From a virus, in IMG/VR virus record IMGVR_UViG_3300044953_000352, positions 15,240-79,239 of that record: a DNA stretch of 64,000 nt; one strand, 5' to 3'. The position numbers and the translations under genes are program-made. Positions 10,359-19,375 of this stretch are shown here, one piece after another. Numbering within the stretch: the first letter of the stretch is position 1; each line of letters begins with the position of its first letter. The notes below the pieces were generated by a model that had not been told where the DNA came from, did not search any database, and saw only the letters and a list, made by a program, of their open reading frames with translations.

Positions 10359-11305
10359 AGTTCAGATAATAGTTTAGAAATACATGCCATAAACATTATT
10401 TCTTTGTTTACAACCATACTACTTTGATAAAGATATTCTGCCACAATAAGAATAGCAACGCTTTGATTATTCGATGCATATTCGTTTACCTTTTCAAACA
10501 ACAATTCATACAATTCTTCAAAATGACGAATTCCACTATCTGCAACTAACTGACGAATAGTTAAGAATTTAGTATTCTTATCTCCAGTCGATTTTAACAC
10601 CTCTAGAATTTTACTTTTCGCAGTTGCAGCGGATGATTGTAATTCAGTTATTTTGATAATACCATCAATCGTTGACTGTTGTGAAAAATTGATAACTTTA
10701 CGAATATCTGGATAATATGTGTTTACAATATATCCAATATCTTCCATAGTATGACTGACCTTTTCTTTGATCAATATATTCTTAAGATGAATGGCTACAT
10801 CTTTCTTTGTCATCGGTGTAATCTCATAACATTGACAACGAGAAAACAAAGGCTCGCTAATCTTTTCAAAATAGTTACAAGTTAGTATAAATCGAGTAGA
10901 ACGTGAATATGATTCGATCATATTACGCAATGCTGCCTGTGAACTATGTGTTAGAAAATCCGCTTCGTCTAAGATAACAATCTTTAAAGCAGATAATCCT
11001 GCATTTGCAGAAAAGTCTTTGATTTTTGTTCTTACATTATCTACATTATTCTGATCAGATGCATTGATATATAATGCATCACACTTGAGAGTAGATGCAA
11101 TTAGTTTAGCCAAAGTTGTCTTTCCTGTTCCAGCTTTTCCAAAAAATAACAAATGCGGAATATCATTTGTTTTAATGTAACGGGAAACGGTTTCTTTCAA
11201 AGAAGAATTGCCTACATAATCAGTCAATGCATTCGGACGATATTTTTCTGCCCAAATAGTATGTTCTACAACTTCAGTTTTATTCTTTGTTTCAAATAGA
11301 TCCAT
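10355..11305 (-). CDS. Clamp loader AAA+ subunit (T4 gp44/RFC small subunit-like)
   Basis: WAEKYRP, GKAGTGKTT (Walker A), INASD, ILDEAD (Walker B), SRC. Confidence 0.95.
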   Translation of the reverse strand: MDLFETKNKTEVVEHTIWAEKYRPNALTDYVGNSSLKETVSRYIKTNDIPHLLFFGKAGTGKTTLAKLIASTLKCDALYINASDQNNVDNVRTKIKDFSANAGLSALKIVILDEADFLTHSSQAALRNMIESYSRSTRFILTCNYFEKISEPLFSRCQCYEITPMTKKDVAIHLKNILIKEKVSHTMEDIGYIVNTYYPDIRKVINFSQQSTIDGIIKITELQSSAATAKSKILEVLKSTGDKNTKFLTIRQLVADSGIRHFEELYELLFEKVNEYASNNQSVAILIVAEYLYQSSMVVNKEIMFMACISKLLSEL

Positions 11306-11317
11306 ATATAAATATTT

Positions 11318-12073
11318 TTAGAATTCTGAAATACCAACCAAGTAATAAGTTGAACAAATATTATCCTTTGTAAATATAATCTGACCCAATCCGTTTTTAT
11401 GATTGCTAATATTAAAAGTAGTCTTATCTACATCTTTGTTTGCAGACAGAATTTCTTTGAATAAATCTGCATTAAAATGTACCATCTTAGATAAAGAATT
11501 CTTTCCTTCAATTGTTTCTACTTGAAACTTTACATTTGTAGAATTCAATCCTTTAATATTGTGTCCAAATACCATTTCGATTTGATCGTCGTTATTCCAA
11601 AATGTAACCGCAGTGGCATCATGTAATGCAGATTTAGCAGACGAAAACTTACTGATAAATTCTTTATCTACGATAATCTCTGCTTCAAATTCAGGAATAG
11701 CTCCTTTTTTAAGGGTAGCAGGTTCAGGAATCACTGTCAAATCGGCAGTAACATACTTGATTTTGGTAGATTTATCACCAAGATTTATTCCAGTAATACG
11801 TTCTTCACCATCAATAGTGTTCTTTTCAAATGATGTATTGACATCTTCTTGCAAGATATTAATCAACTTTAAAAACTTAGAAGTATCATGAATACCAAAC
11901 TCAACTTCTTTAAAGTCTGAAAACTCTGAATAGGTTACATTAAGGTGCAACAACTTGTTGTCAGTAGACACATCTACAGATAGTTTATTATCTGTTGCCT
12001 TCCATTTAACTGCTTCATTTGTACCGGAAAGATAATAGTTTTTAATAAAAGTTTCTAGATTACTTTTCTTCAT
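11318..12073 (-). CDS. Probable sliding clamp (gp45-like)
   Basis: About 250 aa between the polymerase and the clamp loader; FGIHDTSKFL resembles the gp45 F(G/A)IYDL motif; ATG 12073 lies downstream of a sigma70-type promoter. Confidence 0.7.
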   Translation of the reverse strand: MKKSNLETFIKNYYLSGTNEAVKWKATDNKLSVDVSTDNKLLHLNVTYSEFSDFKEVEFGIHDTSKFLKLINILQEDVNTSFEKNTIDGEERITGINLGDKSTKIKYVTADLTVIPEPATLKKGAIPEFEAEIIVDKEFISKFSSAKSALHDATAVTFWNNDDQIEMVFGHNIKGLNSTNVKFQVETIEGKNSLSKMVHFNADLFKEILSANKDVDKTTFNISNHKNGLGQIIFTKDNICSTYYLVGISEF

Positions 12074-12098
12074 ATAATAACTGTATTTTACTGTGTAT

Positions 12099-12127
12099 AG
12101 TATAGTTGAAAACAATAGGAGTGTCGA
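12099..12127 (-). promoter_or_regulatory. Sigma70-type promoter for the sliding clamp
   Basis: TCGACA-17nt-TATACT on the minus strand. Confidence 0.65.
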
Positions 12128-12136
12128 TTTTTTATA

Positions 12137-14662
12137 TCAGAAATCAAAGAAGTCTGATGCATTATTTGAATTTGCATCAGGATAATGCCAATTCAATACT
12201 TTGTAAAAATCTTCTAATTTAGATTTTAACTCTTGTTCGTACATTGAATTTCTATCAATATATTTTTCAATGAAATTTAAAATTTGATCTGGATCAGTAT
12301 CATCCGCTTTCATGGCAATTGCTTCTATGCCAAATGAATTCTCAGACAAGTATACCCACTTGATTTTTTGCCCATGAACAATTCTTGGATGTTTTTTATG
12401 TAAATTCCAATGTTCCAATAGATCATTATATGCTAATCCAGCTTTTACTTGCGCCGGTGTACCAAGTACAAATGTAAAAGGAGAACGAGTTTGTGGATTG
12501 TAATTTTTACTTTTATCCTGACTCATAAATTTTACACTAGTATTTTTTGCAATATCTATGATAGATACCGTGTCAATATTCTTTTTAAAGTCAAGAATTT
12601 TTTCATCGATAATTGATTTATCTACCTTTTTAAGAAGATCAATCAAGAATTGATTCATGAATGTACGAAACTTTAAAGGAAAACTTGTGCGTACAACATC
12701 GATTCCTTTAATTTCTAGTTCATCACATTCAATACCACCTTTATTTATGATGAATTGAGTATAACGTTTTTTAGCCAACCAAAATCCAGTCTTTGCAATC
12801 ACTTCTTGTTTTGCATCAAAACGATGTGTTTTCAAATGAAACATTTTCTGTGACATCACATCAAACATTTTATTTACAAACTTTTGAACTTCTGAACACA
12901 CCGACAAAATAGCAGTGGTCATTTGTTTTTCATCATTTACATCTATTTCAGGCATTTTATGCTTGATAATAGGCAATGCACTTGCAAAACAACTGTCTGT
13001 ATCGGAATAAATAACATAATCCTCCTCTTTATTTAGTTCTTTTTTGTAATACAGATTTACTGCTTTTCCAACAGTCTGAATAATAGTAACACCAGTTTTA
13101 GTTACAGCTTCAGCATTATCCTTATCATAAAAACGAAATATAGGAAGTCCGAGAACTCCATAAGCACTATTCAACATGATTTTTTGCACCAACTGACGTT
13201 GATGATAAAATTCATACAATTCTTTGTTGTTTTCTTTACCATATTTCTTTTCCAACTTACGCATTTCAACACGTTCATTGAACCATTTAATCAATATGTC
13301 AGGAATAACACCAACTTTATCACGTTTATATAGACATCCATTACTTGCAACACTGAGATTCTGCTGATCAAGCAATTGCTTAAATTCATCAACAGTATAT
13401 GGATTTCCAGAAATAAAAATCTTCTCTAATTCTCCGTTTATAAATTTCTCAACATCCCAGTTGTCTACTTTACCAACTTTGGTTTCTGGACTGATATTAA
13501 GACTAATGATAATATTAGGATACATACTTGTAAGGTCCAAGTCGTAAATCCATTCATAACGACCCGGAATAGGATCTTTTACGTATGCACCTTCAAATCC
13601 TTCTTCGTTGTCTTCAATACGTTGTTCATACTCTTCTCGTCCTTCTATTGGTTTATTTGGAGCAATTCTACCTCCGTTTCTACGAAGATATGTCAATATA
13701 GCTCCTTCAAGATAACGAGAACTCATTGAAAAACTTTCATACGGAACGTGTCCTGCATGACAGATCTTTCTTGCCAATTCGATATATTTTTTAAGTTTAT
13801 CTAATACAACAACAATCTTTACGTCATTTAAATTGTATTCAAGATACTTATTCAGATCGTTTTTATACAAATCATTCAAACTACCTTTATATTGTATTTT
13901 ATCAATATTGACAAACTTTTTACCAATGTAACCGAGTGCATACGATGGTTCCTTTTTGTCAGCGTACTTCTTGAAAAGTTCAAGATAATCCAAACAGGAA
14001 ATTCCAGCAACAACCAAACGTTTGCTCCAATCGTTGATATAACAAATTTGAATAGGACTCAATCGTTTGGCGTGATCGTTGCCCATGACATTCTTAATTC
14101 GATTATACATATATGGCATATCGAATCCATCAATGTTCCATCCAGTAACAATTGTAAATGCAAGTTCTTCCCACTTATTGAGAAATCCGTTTAACAAATT
14201 ATATTCATTGTCATAACAGATAACTTCAACACCATTGATTACTTGTTGATTTACACGATTATCTTTATCCAACAAAAATGCAATATACTTGTCAGATGGT
14301 TGGTCATAAATCGATATTGCTGTGATTTCCTTATCACCCTTTTCGACATTAGGAAACCCACCCTCAGAATCAGTTTCAATATCAATAAAACCGATGCGGT
14401 GTCCTGTAGAAACATCATCACTATCTTCGTACAAATCAATTAAAACTTTAGTGTCTAGAGGAACATCCGCTTCAAACAAAGAAGGATCTCTTGGATTAAA
14501 ATGAGTTACACGTTCTAATTCATCTCCATAAATGCTGCGATAACGTCCACCAGCACGTTTACGATAGGCATAATTTCTAAAAGGAACGTTTTGATAGCCA
14601 CCTTTATCATCCCAAAGATGTACTGTACTAGATTTCTTATCAATAAATATATTTTTATACAC
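12137..14662 (-). CDS. polB: Family B DNA polymerase (gp43-like) with 3'-5' exonuclease
   Basis: DIET, GWNIDGFD, YNLND exonuclease motifs; DLTSMYP, KIMLNSAYG, YSDTDS, KKRY. Confidence 0.97.
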   Translation of the reverse strand: MYKNIFIDKKSSTVHLWDDKGGYQNVPFRNYAYRKRAGGRYRSIYGDELERVTHFNPRDPSLFEADVPLDTKVLIDLYEDSDDVSTGHRIGFIDIETDSEGGFPNVEKGDKEITAISIYDQPSDKYIAFLLDKDNRVNQQVINGVEVICYDNEYNLLNGFLNKWEELAFTIVTGWNIDGFDMPYMYNRIKNVMGNDHAKRLSPIQICYINDWSKRLVVAGISCLDYLELFKKYADKKEPSYALGYIGKKFVNIDKIQYKGSLNDLYKNDLNKYLEYNLNDVKIVVVLDKLKKYIELARKICHAGHVPYESFSMSSRYLEGAILTYLRRNGGRIAPNKPIEGREEYEQRIEDNEEGFEGAYVKDPIPGRYEWIYDLDLTSMYPNIIISLNISPETKVGKVDNWDVEKFINGELEKIFISGNPYTVDEFKQLLDQQNLSVASNGCLYKRDKVGVIPDILIKWFNERVEMRKLEKKYGKENNKELYEFYHQRQLVQKIMLNSAYGVLGLPIFRFYDKDNAEAVTKTGVTIIQTVGKAVNLYYKKELNKEEDYVIYSDTDSCFASALPIIKHKMPEIDVNDEKQMTTAILSVCSEVQKFVNKMFDVMSQKMFHLKTHRFDAKQEVIAKTGFWLAKKRYTQFIINKGGIECDELEIKGIDVVRTSFPLKFRTFMNQFLIDLLKKVDKSIIDEKILDFKKNIDTVSIIDIAKNTSVKFMSQDKSKNYNPQTRSPFTFVLGTPAQVKAGLAYNDLLEHWNLHKKHPRIVHGQKIKWVYLSENSFGIEAIAMKADDTDPDQILNFIEKYIDRNSMYEQELKSKLEDFYKVLNWHYPDANSNNASDFFDF

Positions 14663-14668
14663 AGAGTT

Positions 14669-14896
14669 TTATGAAGATAATTTATTTTTCAAAGAAACAA
14701 ATATGTGTTTGTGTTCTTCTTTAATGAACTTTTCACACAAGTCTATTCTTTGAATCAATTTATCATGACGAATAGAAGTAAATAGCATAAGTTCCATTTC
14801 AATGCCAGCCAAAACTTGAGGACTGACTTTGTTTACCATAAACCATAACATTGCTACTTCATCTTCATTCAATGATTTTAATTGTTCAATCTTCAT
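14669..14896 (-). CDS. Hypothetical protein
   Basis: 75-aa ORF filling the gap, with its own promoter. Confidence 0.65.
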   Translation of the reverse strand: MKIEQLKSLNEDEVAMLWFMVNKVSPQVLAGIEMELMLFTSIRHDKLIQRIDLCEKFIKEEHKHIFVSLKNKLSS

Positions 14897-14902
14897 CCAT
14901 CT

Positions 14903-14930
14903 ATGATACCACCATCAACCTAAAAGTCAA
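14903..14930 (-). promoter_or_regulatory. Sigma70-type promoter, probably leaderless, for the 75-aa gene and polB
   Basis: TTGACT-16nt-TATCAT with an extended TG; ATG 6 nt after the -10 box. Confidence 0.6.
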
Positions 14931-15676
14931 CGTATTTCAACACCAAAAATTTCTTTATTAATTACAATAAATTTAATATTATCTTCAATCACAGTCATAG
15001 TATTTATGTCATTTAATATATCTTTTAGATCGGCATCTTCTAAACTTTTTATTGTAAATACATTTCCCTTTTTAATCATTTGTTCTGCTGCTCTTCCTTG
15101 AAATTTCGGGGAAGGTACAACAACGACCATATTTTTTTCTTTGATAATTTGTTCACGTTTGCTTGCACCGTCAAATACAACTGTTTCTCCTTCTAAAACA
15201 ATCACCATTAAACTTTTCTCTTCACTTCTAATAAAAAATTTTCCTTTTTTTGGAGCAACGGTTCCCATTTCAGTTGCAATTAAAATCGGTGATGTATTTT
15301 CATTATACAAATAAATTGTACCATTTAAAGAAGTATTTATGTTTTCAGTAGTATATTGTATAACATCAGGTAAACTCTCTATATTTAGTATTTTTTGATC
15401 GAACGTATCTATAGAAAAACGAGAATTTTCATTAACTTTTATAATAATATCAGAACTTAATGTTAATGTTACATCACTATTTGTAGATGTTAAAACTGTA
15501 TAATTATTTTTACAATCATACGTTTGTTTAGAAATTGGACTATTTGTTATAACACTAGTGCCGTTAATATTTTCTAAAATTACATTATTTGTAAAAGTAG
15601 AAATGTAAAATTTACCATCTGCAATCACTTTGAGTGGCAAAATTGACATTAAAATAAAAAAAAGAATACGTTTCAT
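14927..15676 (-). CDS. FecR-domain-like exported protein
   Basis: N-terminal signal-like MKRILFFILMSILP; VLTSTNSDVTLTLSSDIIIKVNENSRFSI and VIVLEGETVV resemble the FecR domain. Confidence 0.55.
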   Translation of the reverse strand: MKRILFFILMSILPLKVIADGKFYISTFTNNVILENINGTSVITNSPISKQTYDCKNNYTVLTSTNSDVTLTLSSDIIIKVNENSRFSIDTFDQKILNIESLPDVIQYTTENINTSLNGTIYLYNENTSPILIATEMGTVAPKKGKFFIRSEEKSLMVIVLEGETVVFDGASKREQIIKEKNMVVVVPSPKFQGRAAEQMIKKGNVFTIKSLEDADLKDILNDINTMTVIEDNIKFIVINKEIFGVEIR

Positions 15677-15682
15677 AATAAA

Positions 15683-15711
15683 TCGACATCGTAAAGAGTT
15701 TACTCTATGTT
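15683..15711 (+). promoter_or_regulatory. Sigma70-type promoter, probably leaderless, for the nuclease
   Basis: TCGACA-17nt-TATGTT; ATG 7 nt downstream. Confidence 0.55.
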
Positions 15712-15718
15712 AATACAT

Positions 15719-16810
15719 ATGTCTGACAACACCAAAGAAATCAAAGAAATCAAAGACACCAAAGAAATCAAAGAAATCAAAGACACCAAAGAAATCAAAG
15801 AAATCAAAGAAATCAAAGACACCAAAGAAATCAAAGAAATCAAAGAAATCAAAGAAATCAAAGAAATCAAAGAAATCAAAGAAATCAAAGAAATCACAGA
15901 AATCACAGAAAATCAAGAACCAAAGAAAAAGAAAGTAAGTTTTAGCCAATATAGTATGTGGATGAAATGTCCCCATAGTTGGTATCTAAATTACGCAAAA
16001 GGATTGCGTAAAACAGATTTAAATTTAAACATTTTCTTCGGAACCGCTATGCATGTAGCTATCCAAACATATCTAGAAACCTTATATTCCAAAGGAATGG
16101 TTGAAGCAGATAGTTTAGATATGTATAATCTTTTTAAAACTAAATTTCACGAAGAAGTTGAAAAAGAAAAAGATAATTTTACTTACACAAATGAAGAATT
16201 TGCTGGCTTCGTAAAAGATGGTCACGATATTTTAGATACATTTTTGAGTGCGTCTGCAAGACTAAAATACTTTCCAAATAATAAATACGAGTTTATTGGT
16301 GTTGAAACTCCATTAAACATGGAGATTCTAAATAGTGTAGATTTCGTAGCATTTGTTGATTTAATATTAAAAGACAAAACCACAGGAAAAGTAAAAATAT
16401 ACGACTTTAAAACATCTTCTGCTGGATGGAATAGCTACATGAAAGAAGATGAAAGTAAATATAGCCAAATATTGCTGTATAAAGCATTTTACAGTAAAAA
16501 ATTCAATGTTCCTCTCAACATGATTGATGTCGAATTCTTTATCTTAAAGAGAAAACTATATGAAAATGCCAACTTTCCTCAAAGTAGAATTCAAACATTT
16601 GAACCTACAAACAACAATAAAGCTATTGTAGGGGCTTTAAAAGGGTTCACTGACTTCGTTAAAGAATGTTTTACGCCACAAGGAGAGTATAATTTAGAAG
16701 TAAAATATCTAAAAATACCGGGAAAAAACAAGAAAAATTGCAAATATTGCGCCCATCACAAAAAACTATGTGACGGTAAAGCAGATAAAATAGAACAAGA
16801 AATTTTGTGA
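15719..16810 (+). CDS. PD-(D/E)XK nuclease (RecB/Cas4-like) with an N-terminal (KEI)n repeat
   Basis: SFSQ...CP, FGTAMH, E...FVDL...IYDFKTS, QILLY, C-terminal CKYC-x5-C. Confidence 0.85.
   Translation: MSDNTKEIKEIKDTKEIKEIKDTKEIKEIKEIKDTKEIKEIKEIKEIKEIKEIKEIKEITEITENQEPKKKKVSFSQYSMWMKCPHSWYLNYAKGLRKTDLNLNIFFGTAMHVAIQTYLETLYSKGMVEADSLDMYNLFKTKFHEEVEKEKDNFTYTNEEFAGFVKDGHDILDTFLSASARLKYFPNNKYEFIGVETPLNMEILNSVDFVAFVDLILKDKTTGKVKIYDFKTSSAGWNSYMKEDESKYSQILLYKAFYSKKFNVPLNMIDVEFFILKRKLYENANFPQSRIQTFEPTNNNKAIVGALKGFTDFVKECFTPQGEYNLEVKYLKIPGKNKKNCKYCAHHKKLCDGKADKIEQEIL
15734..15913 (+). repeat. In-frame 9-bp tandem repeat AAAGAAATC (variants AAAGACACC, ACAGAAATC), about 20 units
   Basis: Directly visible; encodes KEI/KDT/TEI. 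Confidence 0.97.
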
Positions 16811-16868
16811 AATAAAAAAAATACTTCATAAATACGTATATATGTATATGCATATATACGGCTATATT

Positions 16869-17105
16869 ATGAAGAACAATAGTATTACAACAGTAAAGGT
16901 AGATAAAAGTCTTTACGAGTTATTTAAGATCAATAATATAAAAAATAAGTTTTATTTACAAGATCTCGTCAATCGATGCATGTATTTGTATATGAATGAC
17001 GAGACTTTTCGTAACAAGATTTATAATTTTAATATTCCAATATTAAGCGAAGAATCACAATTAACGATTCTTAATTTCACAGGATCATCAATACCAACGG
17101 AATAA
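16869..17105 (+). CDS. Small protein, possible ribbon-helix-helix DNA-binding protein
   Basis: TTVKVDKSLYELFK...LQDLVNRCMYLY strand-helix-helix pattern. Confidence 0.5.
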   Translation: MKNNSITTVKVDKSLYELFKINNIKNKFYLQDLVNRCMYLYMNDETFRNKIYNFNIPILSEESQLTILNFTGSSIPTE

Positions 17106-17106
17106 T

Positions 17107-17652
17107 ATGAATAAAAAGAAAAAGATATTACTTTTGAGCGATGATTTACGTATGCATAGTGGTATAGCTACTATGAGTAGAGAATTGGTGTTAGGTACTG
17201 CACATCATTATGATTGGGTTCAGATTGCCGGTGCTATAAAACATCCAGAAGCAGGTAAAATAGTTGACTTGTCTGAGGCGTCTCGTCAATTAGGAATTAA
17301 AGATCCTTATATCAGACTATATCCAACAGATGGTTATGGAAATGATCAGTTGTTATTTGCTGTAATGGAACAAGAGAAACCCGATGCATTAATGCATTTT
17401 ACTGATCCTCGTTATTGGGGATGGTTATATGCAATTGAAAACCAAATTCACAAAAAGATTCCATTGACATATTTGGACATATGGGATGATTTGCCGTATC
17501 CAATGTGGAATAGACCGTTTTATGAAAGCTGTGATGCTCTATTCGCTATTAGTAAACAAACCGACAATATTAATAAATGGGTGTTGCGTCCAGAAAATTG
17601 TATTGCCGTTGACGGATATTATGACAAAGAAGGAAATTTAATTAAGTACTGA
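17107..17652 (+). CDS. GT4-like glycosyltransferase, N-terminal part of a split gene
   Basis: ILLLSDD...SGIAT, FTDPRYW, IWDDLPYP, ISKQT; ends at TGA in frame with the next ORF. Confidence 0.8.
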   Translation: MNKKKKILLLSDDLRMHSGIATMSRELVLGTAHHYDWVQIAGAIKHPEAGKIVDLSEASRQLGIKDPYIRLYPTDGYGNDQLLFAVMEQEKPDALMHFTDPRYWGWLYAIENQIHKKIPLTYLDIWDDLPYPMWNRPFYESCDALFAISKQTDNINKWVLRPENCIAVDGYYDKEGNLIKY

Positions 17653-17664
17653 GGAATTATTGTT

Positions 17665-18687
17665 ATGCCATTTAAAATTAATAATGAAATAGTTAATAAA
17701 CATTTGTTGCATTATGTGCCACATGGAATCAACCATGAAGTTTTCAAGCCATTGGATAAATATGACAAAACTCTAAAGGCTAGAAAAAAGAAACTATTTG
17801 GTGATACTGTGTATGATTTTGTAATATTCTATAATAGTAGAAACGTTCAAAGAAAAAAGACTGCCAATACTATTTTAGCATTTAGAGCATTCTGTGACAA
17901 TTTAACTCCAGAAGAAGCTTCAAAATGTGTATTAGTATTGCATACAGAAGCTATACAAGATGCAGGTACAGATTTACCAGCAACAATTGAAGCTTTGTGT
18001 ACAAATTATAAAGTAATCATTGATGAAGAAAAGCAAACACCCGAGGATATGTGTGCGAATTATAGTATCGCAGATGTAACTGTGCTTATTAGTAGCAATG
18101 AAGGATTTGGATTGAGTGTTGCAGAAAGTATTATTTGTGGAACTCCTGTGGTTGTTAATGTTACTGGAGGTTTACAAGATCAAATAGGTCAAGTAGATAA
18201 CGATGGAAACCCAGTTACATTTAATTCAAAGTTTGGAACAAATAATTCTGGTAAATATAGAAAACACGGAGTGTGGGCTAAACCTGTTTGGCCAGTAGCA
18301 CGAGGATTACAAGGAAGTCCTCCGACACCATATATTTTTGATGATTGGTGTACTTGGGAAGAAGTTGCTGAAGCATTCATGTATTGGTATTTAATGAAAC
18401 CTGAAGACAGAGAAAAATGTGGATTAGAAGGTCGTCGTTGGGCAATGAACGAAGGAGGACTAAACAGTAAAAATATGTGTGCTCAATTTATTAAAGCAAT
18501 GGATTATACATTAGAACACTTTGTTCCTTCAACTTCATTCGGACTTTATAAACCGGAAAGTTTTTATGGTCAAACACAACCATTTAATAATATTGGAGTA
18601 GAAATTCCTGTTATTGATAAAAATAAACTAGGAATTGATATTAGTCACACATTAAAACAACTTGAAACAATATCAATAAAAAATTGA
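17665..18687 (+). CDS. GT4-like glycosyltransferase, C-terminal part of a split gene
   Basis: YVPHG, NSRNVQRK, SSNEGFGLSVAES, TGGLQDQ. Confidence 0.85.
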   Translation: MPFKINNEIVNKHLLHYVPHGINHEVFKPLDKYDKTLKARKKKLFGDTVYDFVIFYNSRNVQRKKTANTILAFRAFCDNLTPEEASKCVLVLHTEAIQDAGTDLPATIEALCTNYKVIIDEEKQTPEDMCANYSIADVTVLISSNEGFGLSVAESIICGTPVVVNVTGGLQDQIGQVDNDGNPVTFNSKFGTNNSGKYRKHGVWAKPVWPVARGLQGSPPTPYIFDDWCTWEEVAEAFMYWYLMKPEDREKCGLEGRRWAMNEGGLNSKNMCAQFIKAMDYTLEHFVPSTSFGLYKPESFYGQTQPFNNIGVEIPVIDKNKLGIDISHTLKQLETISIKN

Positions 18688-18711
18688 CTTTGATTTATAT
18701 TTTAGTATCAT
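18684..18711 (+). promoter_or_regulatory. Sigma70-type promoter, probably leaderless, heading the dUTPase-glycan operon
   Basis: TTGACT-16nt-TATCAT; ATG 7 nt downstream; the -35 box overlaps the upstream TGA stop. Confidence 0.6.
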
Positions 18712-18718
18712 TTATACC

Positions 18719-19375
18719 ATGACAATACAAATAGAAAAAAACGAAACATATACAGATATTAATGTGTTGCCAAAAAAAGCAACAGAAAGATCTACTGGAT
18801 GTGATATTGTAACCATAAGCGATCCAGAAATTGTTGGAGAAAAAACTGACACTGGATATAAAAGAATCGATTATATTCAATATAAAACTAATCTTAAATT
18901 AGCTGTTCAAAAAGAATCGACAGGATGGAATGGAACTTCACATGTTGAACTCATTGATTATGATATTCTAGCATTTCCTCGCAGTAGTGTTAGTAAATAT
19001 AATTTAATATTAGCAAACTGTATTGGTCTAATTGACGCAGATTATCGTGGAGAAGTTTTACTTCGTTTTAAATATATCTGGCAACCAGAAGACTTTGATT
19101 TTTCAGAAAAATCTGTAATTGTAGGTACTCCAAATATTGACAAGGTTTATAAAAAAGGAGATAAAATTTGTCAATTGAAAGCTACAAAAGTCGAAAATAT
19201 AAATTTTGTATTAGTAGATAAATTGGATACCACTTCAAGAGGTGAAGGTGGATTTGGAAGCACAAATAAACCAAATGTATCTGATTCAGTAATTGAATCT
19301 TGGAAGAAAAATCCGTTTGTTGCTCCTGAAAGAAAATATAGTGATTTAATAAAAGAAAAAGAAAAAAGTATATGA
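18719..19375 (+). CDS. dut: Trimeric dUTPase
   Basis: STGCD, PRSS, GLIDADYRGE, KICQL, RGEGGFGST. Confidence 0.95.
   Translation: MTIQIEKNETYTDINVLPKKATERSTGCDIVTISDPEIVGEKTDTGYKRIDYIQYKTNLKLAVQKESTGWNGTSHVELIDYDILAFPRSSVSKYNLILANCIGLIDADYRGEVLLRFKYIWQPEDFDFSEKSVIVGTPNIDKVYKKGDKICQLKATKVENINFVLVDKLDTTSRGEGGFGSTNKPNVSDSVIESWKKNPFVAPERKYSDLIKEKEKSI

Noticed and set aside
15734-15913. Possible CRISPR array next to a Cas4-like nuclease
   Set aside because: Contiguous microsatellite without spacers; no other cas genes; the nuclease is a common stand-alone phage PD-(D/E)XK protein
15700-15976. Minus-strand ORFs (ISL)n and (FFD)n
   Set aside because: Shadows of the stop-free 9-bp repeat inside the nuclease gene
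17650-17652. Genome-wide stop-codon reassignment
   Set aside because: TGA, TAG and TAA all end genes at their expected C-termini (polB TGA, helicase TAG) and coding density is high in code 11
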